This document shows positions 9,976 to 18,970 of a DNA stretch of 64,000 nt, piece after piece. The first letter of the stretch is position 1; each line of letters starts with the position of its first letter. Under the pieces are notes generated by a model that worked only from the letters and a program-made list of their open reading frames with translations, did no database searches and had not been told where the DNA came from. Origin of the DNA: Polyangiales bacterium (GTDB lineage Bacteria; Myxococcota_A; Polyangia; Polyangiales; Ga0077539); contig JBGARZ010000005.1 in NCBI GenBank assembly GCA_044229975.1, positions 493,551 to 557,550 of the forward strand. Direction: 5' to 3'. The position numbers and the translations under genes are program-made.

Positions 9976-10010
9976 ATTGCTTGTATGCTGCAAGTACCAG
10001 GGAGCGTCAA
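9976..10010 (-). promoter_or_regulatory. Putative sigma70-type promoter with overlapping MarR operator, probably leaderless
   Basis: Minus strand TTGACG-17 nt-CATACA-6 nt-GTG start. Imperfect palindrome TGCTTGTA-tgc-TGCAAGTA (9978-9996) covers the -10 element. Confidence 0.55.
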
Positions 10011-10071
10011 GACTCCGCGAAGCTGCGCAAGTGCTCAAGCCGAGCGGTCGACTGACGATCGCCGATGTGGA

Positions 10072-10365
10072 GACCCCGAGGCCGAGGTCTGCCGATGCAT
10101 CGCCCCCTTCGTCGCTCGCCTCCCATCGCCGTACCGCGAGGCGATCACTCTCACGGAGCTGGAGGGGCTCACCCAGAAGGAGGCGGCCGCGCTCGTCGGC
10201 GCCTCCTCGTCGGCCATGAAGTCTCGCGTCCAACGGGGGCGCGAGCGACTCCGAGCGATGTTCGTGGCCTGCTGCGACATCGCGCTCGACCCGCGCGGGC
10301 GCGTGATGGACTGCACGCCCAGGCGACCCGCGGCGTCATCCGACCCATGCGCCGGGCGACGGTAG
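10072..10365 (+). pseudogene. sigZ: ECF sigma factor SigZ remnant, region 4 only
   Basis: CIAPFVARLPSPYREAITLTELEGLTQKEAA..G.S.SAMKSRVQRGRERLR.MF..CC.I.LD.RGRV; no region 2 and no suitable start. Confidence 0.75.
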
Positions 10366-10510
10366 CGCTCGCGCCACCTCCCGCCTGGTCGGCGCCTTTT
10401 GGTCGATGAGGGAATGTCGTTGACGTCGGGCGCACCCCGAGACGTCAGCTCTGCGCCTGAAAGACGCGCCGCGGAGAGACGCGGTACACCCTCTCTCCGA
10501 GCACGCCGCC

Positions 10511-10984
10511 GTGACCCCCTACCGCGCACCGCCCGAGAGCCCCGTCGAGCCCGCCGCCCGCGACCTCGTCGCCCTCGCGTGGCGCCCTCGCACGGCTCCC
10601 CGCGACGTCTCGGCCCTCGTCGCCGAAGGCCCCGCCGCCGCCGCCCTCCTGCATCGTCTGCTCGCGCTGCCCGACGCCTCGCTCGCCGCCCTGCGCGGCG
10701 TCGCCGACGACCGCCACGTCCTCATCCTCGGCCCCGCCGCCGCGCTCCCGTGGATCGATGGCGCCCGCTACCTCGGACGCGCCTCCGACGCCCCCACGCT
10801 CACCCTCCCCACGGCGCAAGACCCGACGGTTCCGCTCGGTCTCCTCGCCCGCCGCGTCGCGTCGCAGGAGCCCGTCGCGCTCTGGCCCGCGCCCGATGGG
10901 AGCACCGTCGTGTGCCCGCTCGGTGACGCCCGCCCCCTCGACCGCGCGCGCCTCGTCGCCGCGCAGACCGCGCTCCGCCGATGA
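10511..10984 (+). CDS. bpX5-like protein (MoxR-vWA-beta-propeller ternary system)
   Basis: LAWRPR..PR....LVAEG..AAALL.RLL...LRGVA....LILG...LPWIDGARYLG; precedes the vWA-like and bpX6-like genes. Confidence 0.7.
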   Translation: MTPYRAPPESPVEPAARDLVALAWRPRTAPRDVSALVAEGPAAAALLHRLLALPDASLAALRGVADDRHVLILGPAAALPWIDGARYLGRASDAPTLTLPTAQDPTVPLGLLARRVASQEPVALWPAPDGSTVVCPLGDARPLDRARLVAAQTALRR

Positions 10985-12741
10985 GCCCGCCGCTCACCCG
11001 CGACGAGACCTTCGCGCCGGTGCTGGGTCTGCTCCCGCCCGAGATCGCCCGCTCGCTCGGCCCGTGGATCGACCAGCTCGCCGCCGCCATCGGACCGCTC
11101 CGCGCCCGCGCCCGCACCGGCAGCGGCGCGCCCGATGGCTTCGACGGCCTGAGCCTGCGCGGGCCCTACGAGCGACTCGTGCTCACCGAGTGGGCCATCG
11201 CCGACGTGGCGCCCGAGGAGTTCTTGCGGCGGGCGGCCCAGCACGAGCACCCGTTCTATCAACTGGCGCGGCGCGACGAGGCCCGTGCCCGTACCTCCGT
11301 CGCGCTCTTCGACCCTGGGCCCATGCAGCTCGGTGGTCCGCGCGTCGGGCAGTTCGCGCTGCTGCTCGCGCTCGCCGGTCGGGCCCGTCAGGCCGGCGCG
11401 CGCTTCGGGTGGTCGGTGCTCCAGCGGGCGCCCGATGCGACCGACCCCAACGCGGGCCTGCGGCTCAGCCTCAACGAGAAAGACCTCCGCGCGTTTCTCC
11501 TCGGTCGACTCGCCACGTCGCCCACCGAGCGCGACCTCCAGCCGTGGCTCGACCTCGCCCGCCGCGACGACTGGGAAGACCTCTGGATCATCGGTCCGCC
11601 CGACACCATCGCGCCTGGCCGGCGACTGCCCGGCGTGAAGACCCCCGTCGGTCGCATCACCCTCTCCGACGTCTTCGAAGCAGACACCCGTGCCCTCGAC
11701 GTCACCGTCGCCCGCGGCGCCCACCGCCGAACGCTCCGCCTCCCGCTCCCGTCCGAAAACGAGTGTCTGCGACTCGTTCGTGATGGCGCGCTCGCCCCGA
11801 AGCCTCCGCCGCCCACGCGGATGACCCGCACCGCGGGCATCGCTCGTCCCGCGAGCACGCCGGTGCTCCTCGCCGACGGACGCAAGGTCGCCTTCGTCGA
11901 CGCCGATGGATGCGTGACGGTCTACACCGTCCCCGATGCGTCGAGCGCGAAGCGCGGGCGGTACCGGCGCTTCAGCGTCGACGCCGGGCACACGGTGCTG
12001 GGCCTCGGATGGACGCGCCGACAGCTCGTGCTGCTCACCGAGAAGGACGCCGTGCTGCACCTGCAGGACGTCTCCAGCGCGATCTTCCCCAGCGGCAGGT
12101 CGCGTCGACCGTCCGTGTCCGGCCCGTGGACCCCGGAGCTGCGCCCGACCCACCTCGCCCGCGTCGAGCTCGCCGGCGACGCCGCGCTCTTCCTCGACGC
12201 GAGCCACCGCCTCATCGTGCTCACCCCCGACAACGCCGTCGCCTGGTACGACGGCGTGCGCGCGATGGCGACCATCAACGGCAGCGTGCGGGTGCTCCTC
12301 GCGTCCGACGCCGTCGCCCACGTCAACACCCTGCTGCCCGACGTGGTCTTCACGCCCATCACCGGCGTCGAGGGTCGGGTCGCCGCCACGTTCTCGGTGA
12401 AGATCGCCCACCTCCAGCGCCTCGCGAGCGGCGAGTGGCACGTCCCGCAGTTCGGCGGCAGCGCCCACTTCGTCCGCGCGCCCGACGGCGCCTCCGTGCT
12501 CGGAGTCGCCGAGACCTCTGGCCCCTCCATCGGGCTGCTCTGCCTCGACGCCGACCAGCGCACCGTGCTCGCCGTCACCGCGAGCGCGACGTCTACGTTG
12601 TTGACGCTCGACCGCGACGCCCGCCACGCCGTCGCCTCGCCCCGCGGCGACCGCGTCGCCTTCCTCCTCGACGACGACACCATCGAGGTGTGGTCGCCGC
12701 ACGCCCACGATTGCCTCCTCCACGTGGCGGTGCCGAGGTGA
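10981..12741 (+). CDS. Ternary-system protein: degenerate vWA-like N-terminal half, beta-propeller-like C-terminal half
   Basis: PDGFDGLSLRGPYERLVLTEWAIAD..PEEFLRRAA..E..F; SVALFDPGPMQLGGPRV; beta-strand-rich C-terminus ending AVASPRGDRVAFLLDDDTIEVW. ATGA coupling. Confidence 0.7.
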   Translation: MSPPLTRDETFAPVLGLLPPEIARSLGPWIDQLAAAIGPLRARARTGSGAPDGFDGLSLRGPYERLVLTEWAIADVAPEEFLRRAAQHEHPFYQLARRDEARARTSVALFDPGPMQLGGPRVGQFALLLALAGRARQAGARFGWSVLQRAPDATDPNAGLRLSLNEKDLRAFLLGRLATSPTERDLQPWLDLARRDDWEDLWIIGPPDTIAPGRRLPGVKTPVGRITLSDVFEADTRALDVTVARGAHRRTLRLPLPSENECLRLVRDGALAPKPPPPTRMTRTAGIARPASTPVLLADGRKVAFVDADGCVTVYTVPDASSAKRGRYRRFSVDAGHTVLGLGWTRRQLVLLTEKDAVLHLQDVSSAIFPSGRSRRPSVSGPWTPELRPTHLARVELAGDAALFLDASHRLIVLTPDNAVAWYDGVRAMATINGSVRVLLASDAVAHVNTLLPDVVFTPITGVEGRVAATFSVKIAHLQRLASGEWHVPQFGGSAHFVRAPDGASVLGVAETSGPSIGLLCLDADQRTVLAVTASATSTLLTLDRDARHAVASPRGDRVAFLLDDDTIEVWSPHAHDCLLHVAVPR

Positions 12742-15488
12742 CCGCCCCCCTCCGCCCGCGTCGCCTCGCCCATCGCGGGGTCGTCGACGCCGTCGGCCTG
12801 CTCGTCGATCGCACCGACGAGGCCATCGCCCGCGCCCGCGTGCTCGCCCGCTGGTCCCCCGGCACCACCGTGTACGCGCTCGGCGCGCAGTACGCCGTGA
12901 TGTTCGGCACCGCGCGCCGGGTGCCCGCCGCGCCCTGCGAGGGAGCCGCCCTCGTGCGCTGCGCCGGAAGCGCCGCCGTCACCCTCTGCTCCACCGCTCC
13001 CCTCTCGCGCGCCGAGGTCGACCGCCTCGTCCAGGCGGGCGCCCGCGCCGACCACCTCGTCCTCGCCCGCGGCGGCTGCGCCGAGCCCGTCGCCCTCGAC
13101 CCCGCCAGCCTCGTCGACCCCTCCGCCTGGATCGACCTCGGACCGATGCTCCGCCTCGACGTCGCCTCGCTCGGCGCGCCTCCCGTCGTGGTCGTCGTCG
13201 CACCGTCCACCGACGCGCCCACGCTGCGCCCCGAGGGGACCGCCTCCATGGCCGCCGCCCTCTCCCGCGCGCTCGGAGCCCTCGTCGCACGCGGCGCCGT
13301 CACGCCCGAAGCAGCCGCGCTCGTCTCCGCCACGGTCACGGCCACCACCACGGTCGCGCCCACGCCACGGCCCGCCCGCGGCCTTTCAGCGTGGTGGGGC
13401 GCGCTCACCCGACTGCTCGATGACGACCCTGCGCCCGACCCCTCCGTGCGCGCGCTGCCGCCCGTCGAAGGGAGCGCTCCGACCGCCGCCGCACCCCCGC
13501 GAGGCTGGTGGTCGCGCCTCCGCGGATGGCTCCGCGAGAAGCTGGTGCGCTCGCAGGTGCAGCGCGCGCTCGGCGCCGATCAGGCCGGCTACCTCGATCG
13601 CATGATCGAGATGTTTCGCCAGGGCGACCTCGACGCGGCGCTGCGCCACGCGATTCCCCTCGGCGGCCCGCGCGCACCCGACGCGCCGCACCAACCGCTC
13701 ACCTGGGAGACACCGAGGGCGCGCGACGCGCTCGCGATCCAGCTCGCGCCGACGACGCACGCCACCGCCACCGGGGGCGACTCGCTGCACGCGCTGCTGC
13801 GGATGCTCTACCGCGACGCCGCGAAGGCGCTCGAAGCGGAGGGGCGCATCGACGAGGCCGCGTTCACGCTCGCCGAGCTCTTGCGCGAGCCCGGTGAGGC
13901 CGTCGCCCTCCTCGAACGCCACGGTCGCCTCCGCCTCGCCGCCGAGCTCGCCGAGACCGCCCGCCTCGCGCCCGAGCTCCGCACCCGCCAATGGCTGCTC
14001 GCGGGTGACCCGTCGCGCGCCCTGGCTGTCATGCGCCTGCATGGATCCTTCGCGGCGGTGCTCACGTCGCTGAAGGACAACCCCACCGGGGTCGACGCGC
14101 TGCGCACGCTCTGGTCGCGTCACCTCGCCTCGGTGGGCGACCTCGCCGCCGCGGTGCAGGTCGGCGCACCCGTCGCGGCGCTCGCCGACGAGGTCGACGC
14201 CTGGGGCAGCGCGCTCCTCGCCCTCGGCGGAACGGCCGCCCACCGCGTCCTCGCCCGCCGCTTGTCGCAGCACCCCGAGCGCTTCGCGGCGCTGCGCTCG
14301 CACCTCGATGCCATGGCCGACGCCGACGGCCCCGAAGCCCTCAGCCAACGGGCGAACTTCGCGGCGTTGGCCGTCGCCGAGCCGTGGAGCGAGGGCCTCG
14401 CGCTCGCCGCCCGCCTGCTCGTTCGCCCGCAGTGCCGCGACGCCGCGCGCACCAACGACCCGGCCGACCTCCAGGCGTTGCAGACGCTGCTCAACCTCGC
14501 GCGTGACCCGGTGTTGCGGGCGGACGTTCCGACGTGGCCCACCTTCGCGCGCATGCCGCTCGCATCGCGCCCGGAACCCTGGCGCCACACCATCGACGCC
14601 GCCGACACCGGACCCACCGCGCTGTACGACGCGGTCTTCGCGCGAGCGCAGGGGACGATGCTGCTGGCGCTGGGCGAGAGCGGCGCCTCGCTGCGCGACC
14701 GCGACGGCCGTGAGCGCGCCCGCTACGACGCCCCGACGCATGCGATCGTGTGGTCCGACCACGGCGACCGCGCGCTGCTGCTCGGGGCGCGGGGCGCGGG
14801 CTGGATGCTGTCGCGGCTCGACCTGCTCGCGGGCCGTTGCACCGCGTGGGGCGAGTGCACCCTCGACGCCTTCGCGAGCGACTACGACGGCGACGGCTGG
14901 CTCGTCGGGCAGCGCGGCGAGGTGCTGCTGCTCGACGCGACGGCCCCCGACCTGCGCGCGCTACCGGGCCCCGGTCGCGTCCCGCAGACCTCCCACACGC
15001 GGGTGCACTGCGTGGCCCGCGACGCGACGGGCGCGGCCGCGGTGAGGGCGCTCACGCAGGTCGAGCGCTGGCGGTGGCGGCTGCCGGGTTGGGCCCTGCT
15101 GGAGCGCCTGCTCGAAGCGCCGGGCGCGGTGGCGGTGGCGGTGGATGCGACGGGCGTGGTGGCGCGACGGCACGGGGCGGGGCTGTACTCCATCGACCGC
15201 GGGGCGTCGCAGCCGCTGGTCCAGTTTGCGTTCGAGGCGGAGACCACCGCGCGCGTCGCCCACCTCGCGCCGCCGTGGGTGGTGTTCGTGGAGAGCGTGG
15301 CGGGCGTGGTGACGGTGGCGCTGTGGCACCTGACGGCGAGCCGTCGGCTGGTGGAGCTTCGGCTGGAGGGCTCCGGTGCCGCCCACGGCCGGGTGGTCGA
15401 TGAAGTGCTCACGGTGTGCGACGACCGCGGAAGGGCGTTGGCCGTCGACCTGCGTTCGGGTACGCTGCTGCGCGACCTCAGGGTGTGA
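12738..15488 (+). CDS. bpX6 domain-containing protein (ternary system)
   Basis: GTG at 12738 (GTGA). LRPRRLAHRGVVDAVG...RARVLARWSPG; QAGYLDRMIEMFRQGDLDAALRHAIPLGG; EGRIDEAAFTLAELL; propeller-like C-terminus. Confidence 0.75.
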   Translation: MTAPLRPRRLAHRGVVDAVGLLVDRTDEAIARARVLARWSPGTTVYALGAQYAVMFGTARRVPAAPCEGAALVRCAGSAAVTLCSTAPLSRAEVDRLVQAGARADHLVLARGGCAEPVALDPASLVDPSAWIDLGPMLRLDVASLGAPPVVVVVAPSTDAPTLRPEGTASMAAALSRALGALVARGAVTPEAAALVSATVTATTTVAPTPRPARGLSAWWGALTRLLDDDPAPDPSVRALPPVEGSAPTAAAPPRGWWSRLRGWLREKLVRSQVQRALGADQAGYLDRMIEMFRQGDLDAALRHAIPLGGPRAPDAPHQPLTWETPRARDALAIQLAPTTHATATGGDSLHALLRMLYRDAAKALEAEGRIDEAAFTLAELLREPGEAVALLERHGRLRLAAELAETARLAPELRTRQWLLAGDPSRALAVMRLHGSFAAVLTSLKDNPTGVDALRTLWSRHLASVGDLAAAVQVGAPVAALADEVDAWGSALLALGGTAAHRVLARRLSQHPERFAALRSHLDAMADADGPEALSQRANFAALAVAEPWSEGLALAARLLVRPQCRDAARTNDPADLQALQTLLNLARDPVLRADVPTWPTFARMPLASRPEPWRHTIDAADTGPTALYDAVFARAQGTMLLALGESGASLRDRDGRERARYDAPTHAIVWSDHGDRALLLGARGAGWMLSRLDLLAGRCTAWGECTLDAFASDYDGDGWLVGQRGEVLLLDATAPDLRALPGPGRVPQTSHTRVHCVARDATGAAAVRALTQVERWRWRLPGWALLERLLEAPGAVAVAVDATGVVARRHGAGLYSIDRGASQPLVQFAFEAETTARVAHLAPPWVVFVESVAGVVTVALWHLTASRRLVELRLEGSGAAHGRVVDEVLTVCDDRGRALAVDLRSGTLLRDLRV

Positions 15489-15524
15489 GCGGCAATGCCG
15501 CGTGTTTGTAGCAGTGGAGAGGCG

Positions 15525-15878
15525 ATGTCGAAGGAGTGGCGGTTGACGCGGGGCGGTGAACTGCTGGCGGTGCTGCGCCCCGACGGCCAGTCGCTGATGA
15601 CCGACCAGCAGGCGGCGGAGGGCACCTACGAGACGGCGCCGGCGTTCGAGCCGCTGCGGCACCTGTTCGAGCGCGAGTGCGCGCTGCTGGACGTCGACAG
15701 CGAAGAAGAGAACGACGAGTGGGCGGACATCTGGGAAGAGCTGTGCGCCCCGGGCTTGTTCGTCGAGTCGCCCGACGGCCTGTCGCGCATCGACGTGCTG
15801 TGGGTCCACTTCAAGAACGGCCGCGCCTGGTGGTTTCCGCTCATGCGCAGCCCGAAGACCGTCATCCGCGAGGCGTAG
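15525..15878 (+). CDS. Small acidic hypothetical protein
   Basis: GGAGAGG RBS, then MSKEWRLTRGGELLAVL...PAFEPLRHLFERE...LWVHFKNGRAWW; coding-like codon bias. Confidence 0.7.
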   Translation: MSKEWRLTRGGELLAVLRPDGQSLMTDQQAAEGTYETAPAFEPLRHLFERECALLDVDSEEENDEWADIWEELCAPGLFVESPDGLSRIDVLWVHFKNGRAWWFPLMRSPKTVIREA

Positions 15879-15912
15879 GCCCGCGCGTCCCTCCGCGAGA
15901 GCCCGCACTCCG

Positions 15913-16104
15913 ATGCCCATGACGGTACAGATGCTCGCCGCGGGGCTCTTCGCGGGCCTCGCGCTGCTCGGGCTCGGCACCGCCATCGGCAACCAGCGCT
16001 CGACCCATGACGCCGGGCTGAGCCCCTTCGCGATGCTCATCAAGGCCGCCGGCCTCGCGACGCTGACGCTCACCCTCTACCACTACGGCCGCACCCACTG
16101 GTGA
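15913..16104 (+). CDS. Small two-TM membrane protein
   Basis: 63 aa with two hydrophobic helices; GC3-biased codons. Confidence 0.55.
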   Translation: MPMTVQMLAAGLFAGLALLGLGTAIGNQRSTHDAGLSPFAMLIKAAGLATLTLTLYHYGRTHW

Positions 16105-16125
16105 CCGCGGGTCCGCCGCGCTCGC

Positions 16126-17136
16126 TCAAAACACCCCGCTGCAGCTCACCCCCGACGTCCCCACGCCGCAGCGAAACGCGCCCGCCCGCGCGCGCTCTTC
16201 CCCGGAGGGTGACGTCGCGAAGAGCACCACCGACGTGATCGCCAGCGCACCACCCGCCACGAAGCCCGCCACCGCGAGCGGGCGCATCGCCTCCACCTCC
16301 GCGAGGTAGCCCGCGCACACGGTCGGCTGCACCGTCGCGTTGGTTCCGGGGCACACCGGGTCGCGTCGCGTGTCGTAGTCCGAGACCGCGCCCACCAGTT
16401 GCGTCGTGGCAAACACCCCGGCGCCCAGACCCGCCGCGCCCACGGCCAGCGACGTCCACGCCAGCACCCGCCGCGCGCCGCTCTCCCTCGACGGACCCGC
16501 GGTCGGTGTCTGCATCACCGTCGTCACGGGCACCACGACCGGCGTCGCTACCGGCGTCGCGGGCACCACCACGGGAGCGGGCTCCCGCACCATCGCGAAG
16601 GTCTCGCGCGCCTCCGCCCCCGGCTCGACCTGCACCCGCCGGGTCATCGTCACATAGCCCGGCGCGCGCACCTCGATGAGGTTGGTTCCGCTCGCAACCG
16701 ACGCTGCGACGGACATCGGCAGCGCCCCGATGCGCTGCTCGTTGGCGAACACCTCGGCCCCCGCCACCGCACCAAACACCAGCACCCGCCCGAGGTGCGC
16801 GCCCACCTGCCGCCGCGCCTCCGCGAGCGACGCCCGGTTGCGCGCGATCCACGGATCACCCGACGCGCGCTGCGCCTCCTCCAGGTGACGATCGGCGTCG
16901 AGCCAGCGCCCCATGGCCTGCTCGGCGAGCCCTACCTGGGCCAGCACCCGCGGTTCGCGCGACAGCCCGAGCGCCCGCTGCAACACCGCCAGCGCTGCGT
17001 CGTCCCGCGCCTGCTGCCGCAACACCACCGCCTGGCGCACCAGCGCGTCGACCTCGGTCGCCGACTGCGCGCACGCCCCGCGCGCGACGAGCGTCACCAA
17101 CGCCGCCGCGACGGCGCCCTTCCATCCACCACGCAT
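16126..17136 (-). CDS. Signal peptide + TPR + PEGA protein with C-terminal TM segments
   Basis: MRGGWKGAVAAALV...AQ; LAQVGLAEQAMGRW; GAEVFANEQRIG.LP...IEVRAPGY; myxobacterial-type membrane tail. Confidence 0.85.
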   Translation of the reverse strand: MRGGWKGAVAAALVTLVARGACAQSATEVDALVRQAVVLRQQARDDAALAVLQRALGLSREPRVLAQVGLAEQAMGRWLDADRHLEEAQRASGDPWIARNRASLAEARRQVGAHLGRVLVFGAVAGAEVFANEQRIGALPMSVAASVASGTNLIEVRAPGYVTMTRRVQVEPGAEARETFAMVREPAPVVVPATPVATPVVVPVTTVMQTPTAGPSRESGARRVLAWTSLAVGAAGLGAGVFATTQLVGAVSDYDTRRDPVCPGTNATVQPTVCAGYLAEVEAMRPLAVAGFVAGGALAITSVVLFATSPSGEERARAGAFRCGVGTSGVSCSGVF

Positions 17137-17339
17137 TGGACTCTCTCCCGCTCTCTTTGACGACGCCTGGTACTGCTCCACAGGGACCACGAACGGTTGG
17201 CGGAAGGCCGCAAGGGCGCAGGGGTCGCAAGCGAAGAGCCGTTCGAGCGACAGACCGTCACCTCGCCCCTCCTCTGATCCTTGCGATCCTTGCGTCCTTG
17301 CGTCCTTCCCCAACCCTCCCAATGCCCCGTGGGATGGTT

Positions 17340-18647
17340 CTAGGGCGCCAGGATCAACGCCCCGTTGGACGACCTTCCCACCACCGCCGACGAAGCCACC
17401 GCCTGCGCTCGCGCCGCGATCGCGGGACGAGCCACCGCCCGCGGTCGCACCGTGGACGCGACCCTCACCGGGCGAACCGCCACCACCACCGCAGGCGCCA
17501 CCACCGCGACGCGCTCGGGCACCGCCACCACCGCCGCTGCGACGACCGGCGACGTGACGACGGCCGCGGGCCGCGCGTGCGCCGTGCTCTGCCGCGAGGC
17601 GAGCGCGAAGACCACCGCGCACATCACCGCGAGCCCCGACGCCATCGCGGCCCACGGAGCGCGCCGCGGACGGGCGACGGGCGGCGGCGTCGCGGCCCAG
17701 TGCATCGGCGTCAGGGTCATCGCGGGCTCGTCGTCGCGCGCTGGCAACGGCATCGGCGGCGGCAACGACTCGCCCTCCAGCGGGCACGCCATCAACGCAT
17801 CGAGGAAGGACTCCATCGAGTCGAAGCGATCGTCGCGCCGCGGCGACAGCGCCCGATGAACCGCCTCCACCAGCGCCGACGGCAGCTCGGGGGCGAGTGA
17901 ATCGAGGCGAGGCGCCCGCTCGGTGCAGACCTTGATGATGAGGAGGTTGTAGTTGTCGGCGTCGAAGGCGAGCGACCCCGAGAGCATCTCGTAGAGCACT
18001 GCGCCGACGGCCCACACATCGCTGCGCCCATCGAGGTCGGCGTCGCCGCGCGCCTGCTCCGGGGACATGTAGTAGGGCGTTCCGAGCGTGGTGCCCGCGA
18101 GCGTGCGGCGGGTGGAGGGCTGGTCGAGCAGCTTCGATACGCCGAAGTCGATGACCTTCGGGCACGGCGCCCCAGTGGTGTCGCGAGCGATGAGGATGTT
18201 CTCGGGCTTCACGTCGCGGTGCACCACGCCCGCGCGATGGGCAGCCGCGAGGGCGCGCATCACCGGGGCCATCAGCGCCACCGCACGACGCGGAGACACC
18301 CGACCGGCCTCGTCCATCACCGCGCGCAGGTCTGCCCCCTCGATAAATTCCTGAACGATATAGAACGCCCCCTCCCCATCGCCCTGCCCCAGGTCGATCA
18401 CCTCCACGATGTTGGGGTGCACCACCCGCGACGCGACCTGCGCTTCTTGAATGAACCTCCCCAGCACGCCGGGCTTCGCCGCGAAGGCCGGGTGCAGCAC
18501 CTTGATGGCCACGCGCCGACCCGTCCACGCGTTGCGCGACTCGTACACGGCGCCCATGCCGCCCGTGCCGACGAGGCGTTGCAGCTCGTACTTCTGGCCG
18601 AGCGTCGTCCCCACGCGCGACTGCGCGGCGGTGTGTTCAGCGTCCAT
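17340..18647 (-). CDS. Hanks-type Ser/Thr protein kinase with TM segment
   Basis: VGTGGMGAVY; VAIKVL; HRDVKPENI; KVIDFGVSK; GTPYYMSPEQ; DVWAVG. Confidence 0.95.
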   Translation of the reverse strand: MDAEHTAAQSRVGTTLGQKYELQRLVGTGGMGAVYESRNAWTGRRVAIKVLHPAFAAKPGVLGRFIQEAQVASRVVHPNIVEVIDLGQGDGEGAFYIVQEFIEGADLRAVMDEAGRVSPRRAVALMAPVMRALAAAHRAGVVHRDVKPENILIARDTTGAPCPKVIDFGVSKLLDQPSTRRTLAGTTLGTPYYMSPEQARGDADLDGRSDVWAVGAVLYEMLSGSLAFDADNYNLLIIKVCTERAPRLDSLAPELPSALVEAVHRALSPRRDDRFDSMESFLDALMACPLEGESLPPPMPLPARDDEPAMTLTPMHWAATPPPVARPRRAPWAAMASGLAVMCAVVFALASRQSTAHARPAAVVTSPVVAAAVVAVPERVAVVAPAVVVAVRPVRVASTVRPRAVARPAIAARAQAVASSAVVGRSSNGALILAP

Positions 18648-18970
18648 GGTCGTGAGCCCCTGAAGAGTCGGTTCGAAGAAAAGAGTGTCGGCGCAGACGG
18701 CGCCGGCGCCCTCCCCGCTGACCCGCACACTCCGTTGCGAGCCCTCCGGCGACGCTTCAACGAGGCGCGAAGATTTCTCACTCCTCTCACCGCCGCCGGG
18801 CGTGTGCCGCGCCTCTGCCACCGCGTCGTGCATGCTCGGGTGATGTGCAGCAAGCGGGCCGCTGCGCAGTCCCCGTGTTTGCTCGCGTTCGGCGCGCCGT
18901 GCGCCGGGGCACCGTCAAGAGTCCACCGGTCTCGCGAGCGACGGAGGGCCGTGCGATAGAGTCCGGCACC

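Noticed and set aside
17277..17306. TCCTTGCG x3 microrepeat between the kinase and PEGA genes
   Set aside because: Too short and low in complexity to assign a function.
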